From assembly GCF_963853765.1 (NCBI RefSeq), contig NC_088857.1:42532001-42596000 (forward strand): a DNA stretch of 64,000 nucleotides. The letters are read 5' to 3'. This DNA is from Magallana gigas. Taxonomy: Eukaryota. Positions 36,879 through 49,000 of the stretch are shown here, one piece after another. The notes under the pieces were generated by a model. That model was not told the DNA's origin, did not search any database, and saw nothing but the letters and a program-made list of their open reading frames with translations. Every line of letters begins with the position of its first letter. The first letter of the stretch is position 1. The position numbers were made by a program, and so were the translations under genes.

Positions 36879-38104
36879 TTACACATTATTCGCTCGATGC
36901 ATGGCATTCTGGGATCTACCGCCTCCTAGCGGTACGTTTCGCCTCCTGAGGTTGGACAGAGAAGGATCTTTCATCCTTTGAGAACACTCTCGTTTTCTCT
37001 CTATGGTATTTGTTAAGCTTTTGACCCGTTTGTCTAAAATGAAAAAAAAACGGAGCACTTATATACCCGGTATATGATATTAACATTCACAGACATGCAT
37101 TTCTTCACATACTACATTTAAGTAAACGAGTTTGCTGAAAATTCTATACTTACATTCACTGGTCAAAAGGCTTGCTTTTGTTCCTCTTTGACCACAGAGG
37201 CCAGAACTTTCCTGGGCATAGCTTGGTACTGGTCGCTGTCTAGTCTTGTCTATGGACGGTAGACTCGGTGTACTGTGAGAGTCCCTGGCCCAGAGGGAAG
37301 ACTGCCTCTGACCTCGGGGATTCTGTGAGTCATGGTCCCTGAGGACTTGGGCTCCCCTCCGGTGTAGATCTGGAAGAGTGGCACAGCCGCCGAGCTCTAA
37401 GGGATTCTGCGTGGCCAATCGTGGTTTCAGGGACTGATTTAGCCTCATGATCTCTTTCAACAATTTATTACGTTCATTCAGATCGGTGAATTCTTCTTTC
37501 AATTTGGTGATGTTTGATTGAACAATTGCACATTCCTTACGCTTCATCTGTAAAAAGAAAGTTGTATGCGCAGACTGCCAGTTGTATTGAACGAGGTTCA
37601 TTTCCATTAACGCCCATTTATATTTCGAGTTTCAAAATTTCATACCAAGATGCCCCTGGTCGCCTGCGGGATTTCCGCTTCTAGTCGTCTTCTGTCTCTT
37701 TTCATGTCGGCAATCTCAGCAGAAGTCCGCGTGTAGAATTCGTACAGGAGATCTTCAGGGCTGCAATAATAATATAGCACATAGAAGGTTTAATACATTT
37801 AAAAAATGATACATACAGAAAATGAATAAATGATAAATATTCTGTATAAATATCAAAATATTTAAAGAACTACTGAATATAGATTTACTAGTATTAACAT
37901 CATAATCATATTGAAACTAAACCGTTTATAGGGGTTTTTTTGTATATTAAAACCAGATAAAAACTTTTACAAAAAATTTATAAAAGGGACTTACGTGAAG
38001 TCCCCCAGATCAGCAGCCATTAACGCCCTCACGTTAATTTCTCCGTTGTTCTTTATAAACATTTCCAACCGGAATGGAAATTCATCGGAACCAATCTCAG
38101 CCAT
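36879..38104 (-). CDS. Uncharacterised coiled-coil protein (~257 aa)
   Basis: Phase-consistent exons 38104-37995, 37760-37646, 37547-37154, 37033-36879: MAEIGSDEFPFRLEMF..PEDLLYEFYTRTSAEIADMKRDRRRLEAEI..MKRKECAIVQSNITKLKEEFTDLNERNKLLKEIMRLNQ.. This is a heptad pattern followed by a low-complexity basic tail. Confidence 0.75.
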
Positions 38105-39059
38105 CTTTAATAAGTCTCCCCAAAACAATCTAATAAAGTATTTGGACCGATTATTAAGCTTAAAACGACATCTTATTTAATCAAATTACATTCACTTCAC
38201 AAAATATTATGCATCTTTTCTATCATTCACACTAAAAATGTCAATTATTGTTTAAACAGATGAGAGAATTTCATCAACATACCTCTGTGTGCAGCTAACA
38301 ATGCAGCAATGCCTTCGTTACGGCGTGTTTATGACGTAACAATCCAGACCTTTTTGATTGTGACGTTACTTTTACGTTTATCGAGGGTCCTTTGCCAAAT
38401 GACGTCACAATTATATGTTTTAGACATGTATCCCATTCCGTTGTTTTCCCTCAATTTTTATTGTTTGTGTTCCCCATGAAACGATTGGTTTTTTTCCATA
38501 CATTTTGAACTATTTTGTTGCACTTATAAGAGCAAATCGTTCATTTGAATAAAAAAATTAAAGGTTAATTGGGTATCACATTCTAACCAATTTTACTTCT
38601 ATATAAATCTTCATGTCTTTTAAGTAGCATACTTTGTATACTCTTAAACTGTTCTTAGCAGTGCATTAACCCTTACGTAGCGCAATTTATAAATTCCCAA
38701 AGTCGTATTGTTTACACATGTACATGTGTAAACTAAGATGACATGGTTTAAATGCCAAACAAGTCTGAATTATCTTGTCATTTCTTAATCAGATTTCTGA
38801 CGCAAATGTTTCACTGATAAATACCGATAAACAAATAGTTAATACATCATATAATATACACATGTGTATCTTATTCACGTGATAGTACCCCAGTTGTGTA
38901 TGCGGCCGGCAAACGGGACTAACTTTTTAACAGTCTGCATGGTCTAGACTACATAGCTGGGTTTCCTAGGACTTGTTTGCCTTCTGTGATTTGGAGAACT
39001 CTTCTATCTAAAGGTTAACCTTTAAGATAAGCACTTGCTTTGTAAGTTGGGTGGAAATC

Positions 39060-42000
39060 ATGCCTGAAATATCTACTATTTCATATGCACCAGAAAAACC
39101 TTCGTAAGTATTATCTCTACATGTACTGTACTCTCATGACGTTTACAATACTGATCATTGAGTAATTGGCTCGCAAAACTAACTTACTAAATCCAAAGTC
39201 TGACTATATACGAGTTATGTTGCAAATAAATCCGTACAAGATGTAGTCACTTTATGGATGACATAGAAACTTTAAGTCAAGACTTGTACATATGCATATG
39301 GTTTTAAAGGGACTTTCGCACGATTTGTAATGAAAAAATTTCTTTTATTGTTTGGTATAAAATGGTTTACTCATGTACTAGTATTTTGAATGATTTACCA
39401 AAACTTGAATGTTCGAAGTCAAGTTACAAGCGAGATACGGAGGGAAAAGTTTGTAGTCAAAGCTCAGGTCTTAAATTTGTTTATAAATAATGCAAAGAAA
39501 TTGTTTTTCACCATATATATATAACTTGTGGTCAAAAGGATAAACTTATTGAATGTGTTCATAAATGATTTCATCAACAACAAAAACCAATTAACATTGG
39601 ATTGAAACTTATACATGTACAATCCAACACATACTAGTATATAAACAATAACAGGACTCGATATTTATTTACAAAACAAAGACTTATAACATCTATTACT
39701 CGCTTTGACTTACATATATATTTTGACAAATAATATAAAATAAACACCATAATACCTATTCTGGATAAAATGAAAAAATAAATATGGAAATATTTGAGCT
39801 TAAATCGTGTCTAAGTCCCTTTAAATTAGCAATTCACAGTTTACGAATTTTTAAAGGTACATGTATATATCAATTATTTGCCCGTGTACTAATTCGCTCT
39901 TCATTCTCTCTTTAAGATCACCAGAGAGCATTGATGTCAAGCTCTCAGATAACAATGGCAGCCCTTTCCGCGGCATGGGAAAGGATGAGTTATTGGTACA
40001 CTCCTCCAAACCGTTCTGGAGGCGTCTGCGCATGATATGCATCTCCATCATCCTCTTGGGCTGGCTGGCGCTGATCATAACCGTGGTGGCGCTGGTGTTG
40101 GTTTACCCGAAATGCAAATCCCCGGATTCCAGATCCTGGTGGCAAAACGAGGTCATTTACCGAATTTACGTACGGAGCTACAAGGACAGCGATGGAAACG
40201 GCGAAGGAGACTTAGATGGTAATGACTGTTAATCTGGATATATTTTATTGCTTGACCATTATATGAGGAAAGAGTGTGCGAAAGTTGCATGGTTGGACCA
40301 TCTTGTAATTCATGAAAGAGGCCTTCCATAAAACATTGGGTAACTGTACACTATGCCATTCATACGGTGCATTATGTTCTGTATCGATATCATTGTCAAA
40401 CATACCTTTCATATTGTTCTTTCCAGGAGTGGCATCTAAATTGGACTACATCAAGGACCTTGGGGTCGGTGTAATATCACTGAGTCCCGACTACGAAGAT
40501 GACGGAACTGATGGCGACTTCCACATCAAGAACCACATGAAGATTGCCGGATCCGTTGGCGGGGACGACGCATTGCAAAGACTTATCACGCATGCGCACG
40601 GGAAAGGTTCAATAAATTCCTGTTCTCAAAACTCCATATTGTAATGTGATCTGAATGATATGAAATGATTTGAAAGATCTTGAATTGTGGTTCATTTCTA
40701 CATTCTGGAATAACATATTGTTTGTTGTAATTATTAGGTCTTAAAGTGATACTGGATTTCGTCCCTTCACAAACCAGCGACCAGAGTGAATGGTTTAAAT
40801 GGAGTCAAGAGGCGAGATTCAGGAACGATTCATACCGAAACTTCTATGTATGGACAAACACACCAACAAACTGGGTACGTTCAGATGTAGAAGAGAAATG
40901 ATCAAACCTGAAGACAAAATCGTAATGGCCAATTATTTCATTCTTTTCTTTATTCTTTTGCAGAAATCCATGTATGGGGGTGGCGCATGGAACACGTCTT
41001 CTGAGAGGTCAGGAGAATACTACCTACATCAATTTCTACACAACCAGCCTGACCTTAACCTTCGTAGTCCGCAGGTCAAGGAGAAACTCAATGTAAGATC
41101 AAGAAAATTCTATCAGAATGTTAGGAGTAGTTTGATCCTTGGTATTGTAGGATTAAAATTAAAGTTACACCGCGTCTATATGTATTTTGCAGGAAATTTT
41201 GACGCATTGGTTGAACAAGTCGGTGGACGGGTTCTACATTAGGAACAGCGCCTATCTCTTTACGGACTATGACCTACGGGATGAATCGAAAGTCCCAAGT
41301 GCTGCAGGAGATGTATGTTTCACCGATTTGTTTTAGAAGTGAATAATTATTATATACAATAGTTACAGTATTTCTATATAGTCCTTGTAATTTTTATATT
41401 TAACTATTTCAGGAATACGGTGACTACAACCATATTTACACAAAGAATCTCCCAGAAATTTATGACATGTTTGCAAGGTGGCGCACAACAACTGATGCAT
41501 ACACGGATAAGTACAGGCAGGATATTTAGAATTCACAAAAACCATTTAAAAACTCTGTAAATGAAAAGACGAGCTGTTTAGCAGACAACGTAGAATGCCA
41601 AAATTTAATTCAGGAGTTTCCCTCTTCACAGAGTTCTAATGGCTGACCCAGACCCTATGTCCAACAATGTAGAGATGATGAAGTATTACGGCCACTTCCA
41701 GAGAGACGGGGTTCATCTTCCCGTCAAGAGGAGACAGTTTCCTACAGACTGTGGCGGTCAGTGCATTAGGGAATATGTCAATGGCTGGATGGACAACCTA
41801 CCCTCAGGTCGCTGGCCGACGTGGTCCGTAAGTATCCAATCATATTTACACAACGCAAGTGGAATATACGTCTGTTTTGATCTTGATTTGAAGAAATTAT
41901 TGATGGAACCATGATATCGCCATCTTTATCATTGTCGTTTAAAGGTGTTTACTAAAAAATTGCACTTTTTTTACTTTTAATAACTTTAGCTTGGTGATGA

Positions 42001-42841
42001 GATGACAAAACGTTTTGCAACCAATCACAGCGAGAGTTTTATTCGATGCTTTGCAATGCTGTCAATGACACTACCCGGCACCCCGATCCTGTATTATGGG
42101 GACGAAATCAACTTGGTCGACCTTAGTATCCCACCCAGCAGCAGCACATCGCGGAATCAACCGATGAGGGGACTCATGCAGTGGGATAACACACTCAATG
42201 GGGGGTTCACCAACGGAACAAGTCCGTGGATCAGTGTTGGTGCTGACTATCAAACCAATAATGTGAAGGTAATGATTCCTGTGAACTCTTAATTTTCTCA
42301 GCCTTTGTCTGTTCTCTGCCAAATGTGGCTCAAAGAACTATCCTCTATTTTTGATAATTTTATTTTTCAGAATCAGAGTGCTAAAGGGGACTCTCTCATG
42401 TCTTTCTTCAAAAACCTTACCACTCTAAGATCAGACGACACCTTCCGTATAGGAGACTACTATCCAACCGTGGTTGATGATGCTGTGTTTTCTTTTGTTC
42501 GAGAATTTGATGGAAAGAAAGGGTATGATTCCCCTACCTCGTATAGATAAAAAAAAAACCTCGCTAACATTTTCAGCCAGTATTATTATAGCCAAACTGT
42601 ATATTATGTTGTTTTCTTCTATCATTGAAGGTATTTGGTGGCCATTAATTTTGCCAACACGGCACAGTCACGTGATTATGCGAAAGCCCACAGCACCATA
42701 CAGAGCAAAGCCTCGTTTGAGCTGACGACGGGCGGATCCGAGAGTTTTGACGCGGACACTGACGTGGACACAAGCAGTCTTACGCTAGGTCCCCAGCAAG
42801 GAGTGGTAGTTTCGTGGGACTACGTGGCCAAGGAACTCTGA
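39060..42841 (+). CDS. SLC3A1: SLC3A-type amino-acid transporter heavy chain (rBAT/4F2hc-like; type II TM plus inactive alpha-amylase/GH13 domain)
   Basis: Exons 39060-39103, 39917-40218, 40427-40606, 40738-40874, 40964-41092, 41193-41312, 41413-41510, 41632-41827, 41990-42268, 42371-42522, 42631-42841 (615 aa). Motifs: GMGKDEL..PFWRRLR, the TM helix, PKC (light-chain disulfide Cys), [39 protein letters not shown] and PMRGLMQW. The GH13 nucleophile is replaced (DGFYIRN). SLC3A1 versus SLC3A2 orthology is not resolved. Confidence 0.9.
39304..39824. mobile_element. TTAA-flanked MITE (Kolobok-like), related family, in SLC3A intron 1
   Basis: ttaa|AGGGACTTTCGCACGATTT ... AAATCGTGTCTAAGTCCCT|ttaa; about 520 bp. 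Confidence 0.75.
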
Positions 42842-43169
42842 TCCTCTTTAAACTTTTACGGCAAATATGATAATCAAGAGCGACTTTTTAATGTATGACC
42901 TCATTAATCAAGAAAAATTGGATACGTTGAAACAAATTCTACAACTCTTCTCTTGATACCTTTCTTCATTAAAAAAAATCAAATTGCAAATATGTTGTTT
43001 TATTGTATGAATTTATTCATATTTGGGTTGTTACAATAATCAATAAAAGAAATCTATAAAAACAACAAAATAAAACACAGATTATTATATCAAACAACAA
43101 TATCAATGAAATTGTGAATTAGTTATTGGTCAGCATCTGTATAAAGTTGACTTAAGACTACAAAATACA

Positions 43170-44999
43170 TCATTTAATGTCAATGCCCTGAATGACAGTA
43201 CGATACAGACGTCCATTGGTTGTACCAATCCACAGTGTGTCCCTGTCCATATAGAGAGCCCAAGGGGAGAAAAACCGGTCCATGTCGTTCTCGATGAAGC
43301 GAACAAATTTTCCCGAGCCATCCACTACATGAACCACATTGTTTCTAGCATCTGAAATATAGACGTTGTTAAATTCGTCACAGGCGAGACCCTGGGCTGC
43401 CATCAGTCGCGGGTACTTGGGAGAGATGTGTCCCCTGTAGGAACAGATCTCCTCGCCATCTTTTTTCATCCATATCACCCTGTCGTCCAGGTCTATGAAG
43501 TCCGCCACTACTATCTCTCCCCTGCTGTTCTCCACGGCCCGGTGTGGTCTGTTCAGTGTTCGCTTTCCTTGAAAGTACTCGATCTTTTTCAGGATTCGTC
43601 CTTTGGAAGATAAAATGTAAACTGCGCGGGTACTGCCCTCATTGGTCTCTAGCTCCTCGCTCTCTACGACGGACACAAGAATCGATCCGTCTGCTGTCTT
43701 CCACAAACTGACCGGAAACAGGGGAGCTAAATCCGTAAAAGACGCGATTTTGCCATTTACTTGATTGACGACCTTTATGGCACTTGTGCCTACAAAAGTA
43801 ACCAAAGTGATTTTGAGGTCATAGCAACAAACATCTGTGACCAACTTATCGAACTCTAACGGTTCCTTGATGTCCACTTTCGTTCCGTGTCTGATAAACA
43901 CCTTCTGAATACCTCTTGCAGTCTGCGGATCTCGCACTGTTATGGAGTGATCCACACCAACAGACAAACAGCTAATGCCGACCTTACACAGGATAAACCT
44001 ATCAAACTCCTCCTTTGGAATCTTTGGTTTGCTGCTTTCGGGTCTGACGGGTTCCTCTATTACTTCCTCCTCTTCTTCTTCCTCCTCCTCCTCTTCTTCT
44101 TTCACTATACTCGTGCATATCATTTTACTTAAAAGAGACCTATTGATTTGACCCTTTTCAAAATCAACTGGATGAACTGTAGGTTCTTTCGGAAATACCA
44201 TTCCTTCATTGAGGTGTGACATTTTCTCTTTAGCTTGATACACATTATAAATAGATGCATCCAAACTGTTCTCGCATATTGATATCGCTTCATTGACAAC
44301 GCCAATTGCTTCCTTAATTTCGGTTTCGGTTTTGCTAATTTCGGACTCGTTTCCAACGTGGACGGTTTTAAAATCATCGGTAACTTCATCTGCCACACTC
44401 CTTACCTCAGCAATAAGTTTTTCAATGTGTTCATTCAGTTCATCGTACGCTTTGTTCAATCCATTTTCTGATTCTTTCCTTTTCGCGGCACAGTTTTCAA
44501 GCATTGCATTCAATTCAACAAGATGAGTTTTCTTGACATCCGACGCTTCTTGTAGTAACTTATGTTTCTCGGTTTTTATAAACTGCTGTATCTTGATCAA
44601 GTCGTGCGTTTTATGTTCGTTTCGAACACACTCATCGCAAAGGGGCTTTGTGCAGGTATGACAATGATATAGAAGCGGGCCGTCATGGTCTTTGCAGGTT
44701 TCTCGTATCCTTAGATCTGTTACGGACTTTGTGGCTGACGGAGGCCGATCGGTAGGGCTGGAACAGTCTTGAGATTTATTTGATGTTGAATCCTCGTAGC
44801 CATTTTTTAGATTTTGTGCTTCCACAACTTTATGGGTCCGTGTTGACTCGTTTTTCGCGTGTAAAAACTTACAGTTGTAGCACAGAATTTTTCTGCAGTT
44901 TGTACAGTTCCACGCAATGTTAATCTTGCGCTGACAATTCCCACATAGCTGACGTACCTTGGCATCATTGATTTTGTGTGAACTACCATCTGAATCCAT
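43170..44999 (-). CDS. RING-less TRIM-like protein: two B-boxes, coiled coil, poly-Glu linker, NHL-type beta-propeller
   Basis: Single 609-aa ORF. B-box 1 is CGNC..CTNC..CYNC..H..H; B-box 2 is CKDH..CHTC..CDEC..H..H. It has an E12 run and NHL-like repeats (PHRAVENSRGEIVVAD, AQGLACDEFNNVYISD, SPWALYMD). An acceptor (ctgcag) lies 2 nt before the ATG. Confidence 0.9.
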   Translation of the reverse strand: MDSDGSSHKINDAKVRQLCGNCQRKINIAWNCTNCRKILCYNCKFLHAKNESTRTHKVVEAQNLKNGYEDSTSNKSQDCSSPTDRPPSATKSVTDLRIRETCKDHDGPLLYHCHTCTKPLCDECVRNEHKTHDLIKIQQFIKTEKHKLLQEASDVKKTHLVELNAMLENCAAKRKESENGLNKAYDELNEHIEKLIAEVRSVADEVTDDFKTVHVGNESEISKTETEIKEAIGVVNEAISICENSLDASIYNVYQAKEKMSHLNEGMVFPKEPTVHPVDFEKGQINRSLLSKMICTSIVKEEEEEEEEEEEEVIEEPVRPESSKPKIPKEEFDRFILCKVGISCLSVGVDHSITVRDPQTARGIQKVFIRHGTKVDIKEPLEFDKLVTDVCCYDLKITLVTFVGTSAIKVVNQVNGKIASFTDLAPLFPVSLWKTADGSILVSVVESEELETNEGSTRAVYILSSKGRILKKIEYFQGKRTLNRPHRAVENSRGEIVVADFIDLDDRVIWMKKDGEEICSYRGHISPKYPRLMAAQGLACDEFNNVYISDARNNVVHVVDGSGKFVRFIENDMDRFFSPWALYMDRDTLWIGTTNGRLYRTVIQGIDIK

Positions 45000-45739
45000 G
45001 GCTGCAGATGGTTTTTATATCCCCCTTCACAGATTATCACTGGTCATTCGCAGGTCATATTTGAACTGATATCACCAAATTGCATTTGTTTAAAGTTTAA
45101 ATACGCGTTGCTCGTTGGAAACCATTGTAATGACTTTTTGTGACCCAAAATGCAATGCTTCACTTGCGTTGTTTTTCTTCATTTGTAGTTGTTTAAAACC
45201 GTAAACAGAATCAGTGGTTTAAAATAACAGTAAGAGTTATTTGATAGTCTTGACTTGGGTTAGCATGATGTGCAAGGGAAGACTAATTCCGAAATAGTCC
45301 AAGAGCTCTTGTTTAAAGGACATTTAGTCTGAAGTATTTTTGTTGCTCTAAAAAAATTCTTTTCAAGTTCCATCAATTCATATATAAATTAAATAAATAT
45401 TTAAAAAATCTGAAATATAAGGAACTAATTTAATTATTTTTAAGCAGTTTAAGTATAAAATATGTATTTTTGCGTTGTAGTGCGAAAAAGTAAATACATA
45501 TAACGATATTCGACTAGCTACGAATAAAAAAGAGATTAATTCACACATATATGCAACAGAATGTCAGGTTTAATAAAGAGAATTTAAGGCAATGGTGTCA
45601 TTAAGAACTTCCCAGTGTATTAGAAAACAGCGGGTATGCACATTTCCTGGAGCATTCTGCAGACTTATGGGCGTTGTTTTGATACTTCATGTTTATCTTA
45701 TACTCGATCATACACGTAGCATCGTTCTGTCAAGTGTGT

Positions 45740-45776
45740 GTGGGGGGGGGGGAGGGGGGGGGGGTTGAATTTGAAC

Positions 45777-45812
<36 letters not shown>
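45740..45812. repeat. G-run and (TC)n microsatellite between the divergent TRIM-like and SHMT genes
   Basis: ggggggggggaggggggggggg and about 16 x tc (45781-45812). Confidence 0.85.
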
Positions 45813-45816
<4 letters not shown>

Positions 45817-46054
45817 AGAATCACATTTTTAGTTCATTGTACATAGTTTATTCTGTAAATAAAAAAAGAAATGAATATTCCTAATTTCCTGTCATACAAT
45901 TACAATTTCTCATTTTACTTAAACTCCTATAGGTAATTTTATCGGATGTCATTGCCTTTAAAGAAAGTCGAAAATTGTAGCAGGTACTGGATTCCGTAAT
46001 TTAGTCTTTGCTGGTTCCCGACTTTATTCCGAATGTGCAGACTACCAGTTTACA

Positions 46055-49000
46055 ATGGCTCGTGTCGGGATACTATCCTTCAGCATCAGAGATGTAAGTA
46101 TAAATAAGTTCAATAACATGAAGTGGACTCTAGGGAGAAAATGACGATTGGCTTGAAGATTAGTTTTTTTCCAAATAGAATATTTTTTAAACCCGCATGA
46201 TTGATAATATCAGTGCACATATTGAATCAAAACATAGGTTGTAGAAGTTTACGTAAGTAAATCATATTTCAGAAAAGAATGTTACAAAGGAATTCGATTC
46301 AAAGTCGGACATTTTCAGGATTTGTTTGCTTTTATTATCTTTCTTGCATGAATGTCACTGTGACATTTTGACAGAAAACTTAAAAGTTGGTCTGCTGCAC
46401 AATGGGAACTAAAAATCATTGACTGGTCTGTACTAGACCTATCTGGCATTGCAGACTGTAGGATTTTTTAGGATACAAATGACCTCAATTGAAAATTCAC
46501 CAGTTATTGCAAGGAAAGATTTATCAAGTCAATATTAAAAGATATTACTTGATTTAAGTATTTCTATCATCGGTATATTGTTTTACATAATAATGTGTGA
46601 CATAACGAATTTATGAACACTGTTTGCCTTAATATTGCAACTATATGCTAGTAATTTTAAGCATTTATAAATTAAAGATATGTAAATGTGTGTTAATGGT
46701 CATTCTAGAAGATTTAAAAATGTGAAAAATTCATTGTTCTTTTGTTAAATTTATAGACACCAGGATTTCAAAGCTGGCTCTTTATTTCTTTGGCATAGAA
46801 TGCATCATTCAGAATGTTGAACAAACCGGTATTTTGTCCTCGTTATATTTATATTAGTAAGAATATAAGTTTTTCATAAAACAATTTTTTTAATGTAATT
46901 CTTAAACTTGATTTAATACTTAACGCAAATACAAAAAATTAACATACAGCATAAAGGTAAAGTTTCATTTCTTGAAGTATTAATGTAAAAAAAATTCTGA
47001 CCATTGAAAAACCAATTTCAAGCTCTGATTCATAGTTTTGACCGAATGTTGTTTGGTTATAAATTGAATTTTATAAAATCAATGACTGCCCTTTGCCAGC
47101 ATTTTTGCTGGTCTTAGATAATCATCAAGGTCTAACCATCTAAGAATAACAATGAACATGATTAATGTCTAATTTACATATCAATCGGCATTCAACTTCC
47201 TTGTAATTGAGTGTATCAGTTTAAAGTCTCGATCTGAAAAGAATAAGATAGGAGACTTGGAGGTTATTAAAATTTTCTGTTCATAATTTAGTTATCACCT
47301 GTTATGAACCATTACTAAACATGCTAAAATGAATCTTAAATGTTAATGAAAAAGGTATAGATTGATGAGATAGAAGGAAGCTTCAATTTTTTAGTGCATG
47401 TGTTGCAAAAATGCAGGTGTGTTCATTCAGAAAAAGATTTTTTAAAGACACCTGGTGATTAAACAATATTTTATTTTTGTTTTCAGGAAAATACTGGTTT
47501 AAGAACTATAATTTCAGTAGATATTCTGATAATTCATTAGCTTTTGGAACATTTACTTGGAAATCTGAACATGCTGGAATACAATGAATAAGCACAAAGT
47601 GAAGAGATAAATGTAACTTGTTAAAAAAATCACCTTGTTGATCTATTTTATGGCAATATCAGTTACCAACTTACCATAGGAGCTGAACTTAGTAGCAGTT
47701 ATCAGTGACAAAACATCAATAAAAAATATGCCTTTAGTTAGCAATCTGTGTGTTATAGTGGAAATATTTTGCATCCAGATATAAAGAACTGGAAACATGC
47801 TCTTCTTGTGAGAGAATGCACTGATTTGCTGATTCTTGAATAGTTATGTTGGTTTATACAATTTAGATGCTGTCCCGGAGGCTTTTGACCAGGCAAGCTA
47901 TACGGACCTTATGGACTGGGAGAGAGAGTTTGGAGGAGGATGATCCGGAACTGATGTCCATCATCAAACAGGAGAAAAAGAGGCAGGTCAATGGTCTGGA
48001 ACTCATCGCCTCCGAGGTAATCCCTGAAGTTGTCAATGGTCCTGGTAGTAAATGGAGCTTGTCATGTGCCTCACTGTCTATAAATAACTCCTGTAAACTG
48101 AAATGTTGACAATGGTCTTGAACTCTACTGCTTTGTTAGGCATGTGATAGGTCATGTGAGCTCATGTGAATAGAGAGAGCATATGATGTAAATCAGGCCA
48201 GTGTACATGTATTATGTATAATTGGGCTCATTATGAATTCTGTTATTCATATTCACCTTGAGATAATGAATTTAAAAGAATTTTAAGTACAAAGGTCAGT
48301 GTTCTCCTTAAGATAGATGTTACTTATGAAATGTAATGATATCAAATTAAAAAAACCAAACAACATCAAATTAATTTTTATTAAGAAATGTGTAAACAAC
48401 ATAAAAGTATGTAACAACATCAAATCAATTTCAAGAAATGCTGTCAACAAACATGAAAATTATGTTAAGTAACCATGATAACCCAGAAGTATAGAACCAT
48501 GATAAACCAGAAGTATAGAACCATGATAAACTAGAAGTATAGAACCATGATAAACTAGAAGTATAGAACCATGATAAACTAGAAGTATAAAACCATGTTA
48601 AACCAGAAGTATAGAACCATGATAAACCAGAAGTATAGAACCATGATAAACTAGAAGTATAGAACCATGATAAACTAGAAGTATTGAACCATGATTAACC
48701 AGAAGTATAGAACCATGATTAACCAGAAGTATTGAACCGTGATGAACCTGAAGTATAGAACCATGATTAACCAGAAGTATAGAACTGCTCAGCTGTTAAT
48801 ATAAGACTATTCATTTTCACATCTCAGAACTTTGCGAGTCGATCAGTCCAGGAAGCATTGGGATCCTGTCTTACTAACAAATACTCCGAGGGTTACCCTG
48901 GTGCAAGGTCAGTCACCAATTCTGTAAACTCACTGTATTAACCATCCTGCAATCAATTTATTTAAAACACTGTATCATCTCACACATGTATATAAATTTG

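Noticed and set aside
41500-41520. Possible non-canonical GC donor in SLC3A exon 7
   Set aside because: A canonical GT donor at 41511 gives the required phase 2.
48472-48785. CRISPR-like array or repetitive coding exon
   Set aside because: There are no unique spacers and no cas genes, the context is a eukaryotic intron, and several units carry in-frame TAG.
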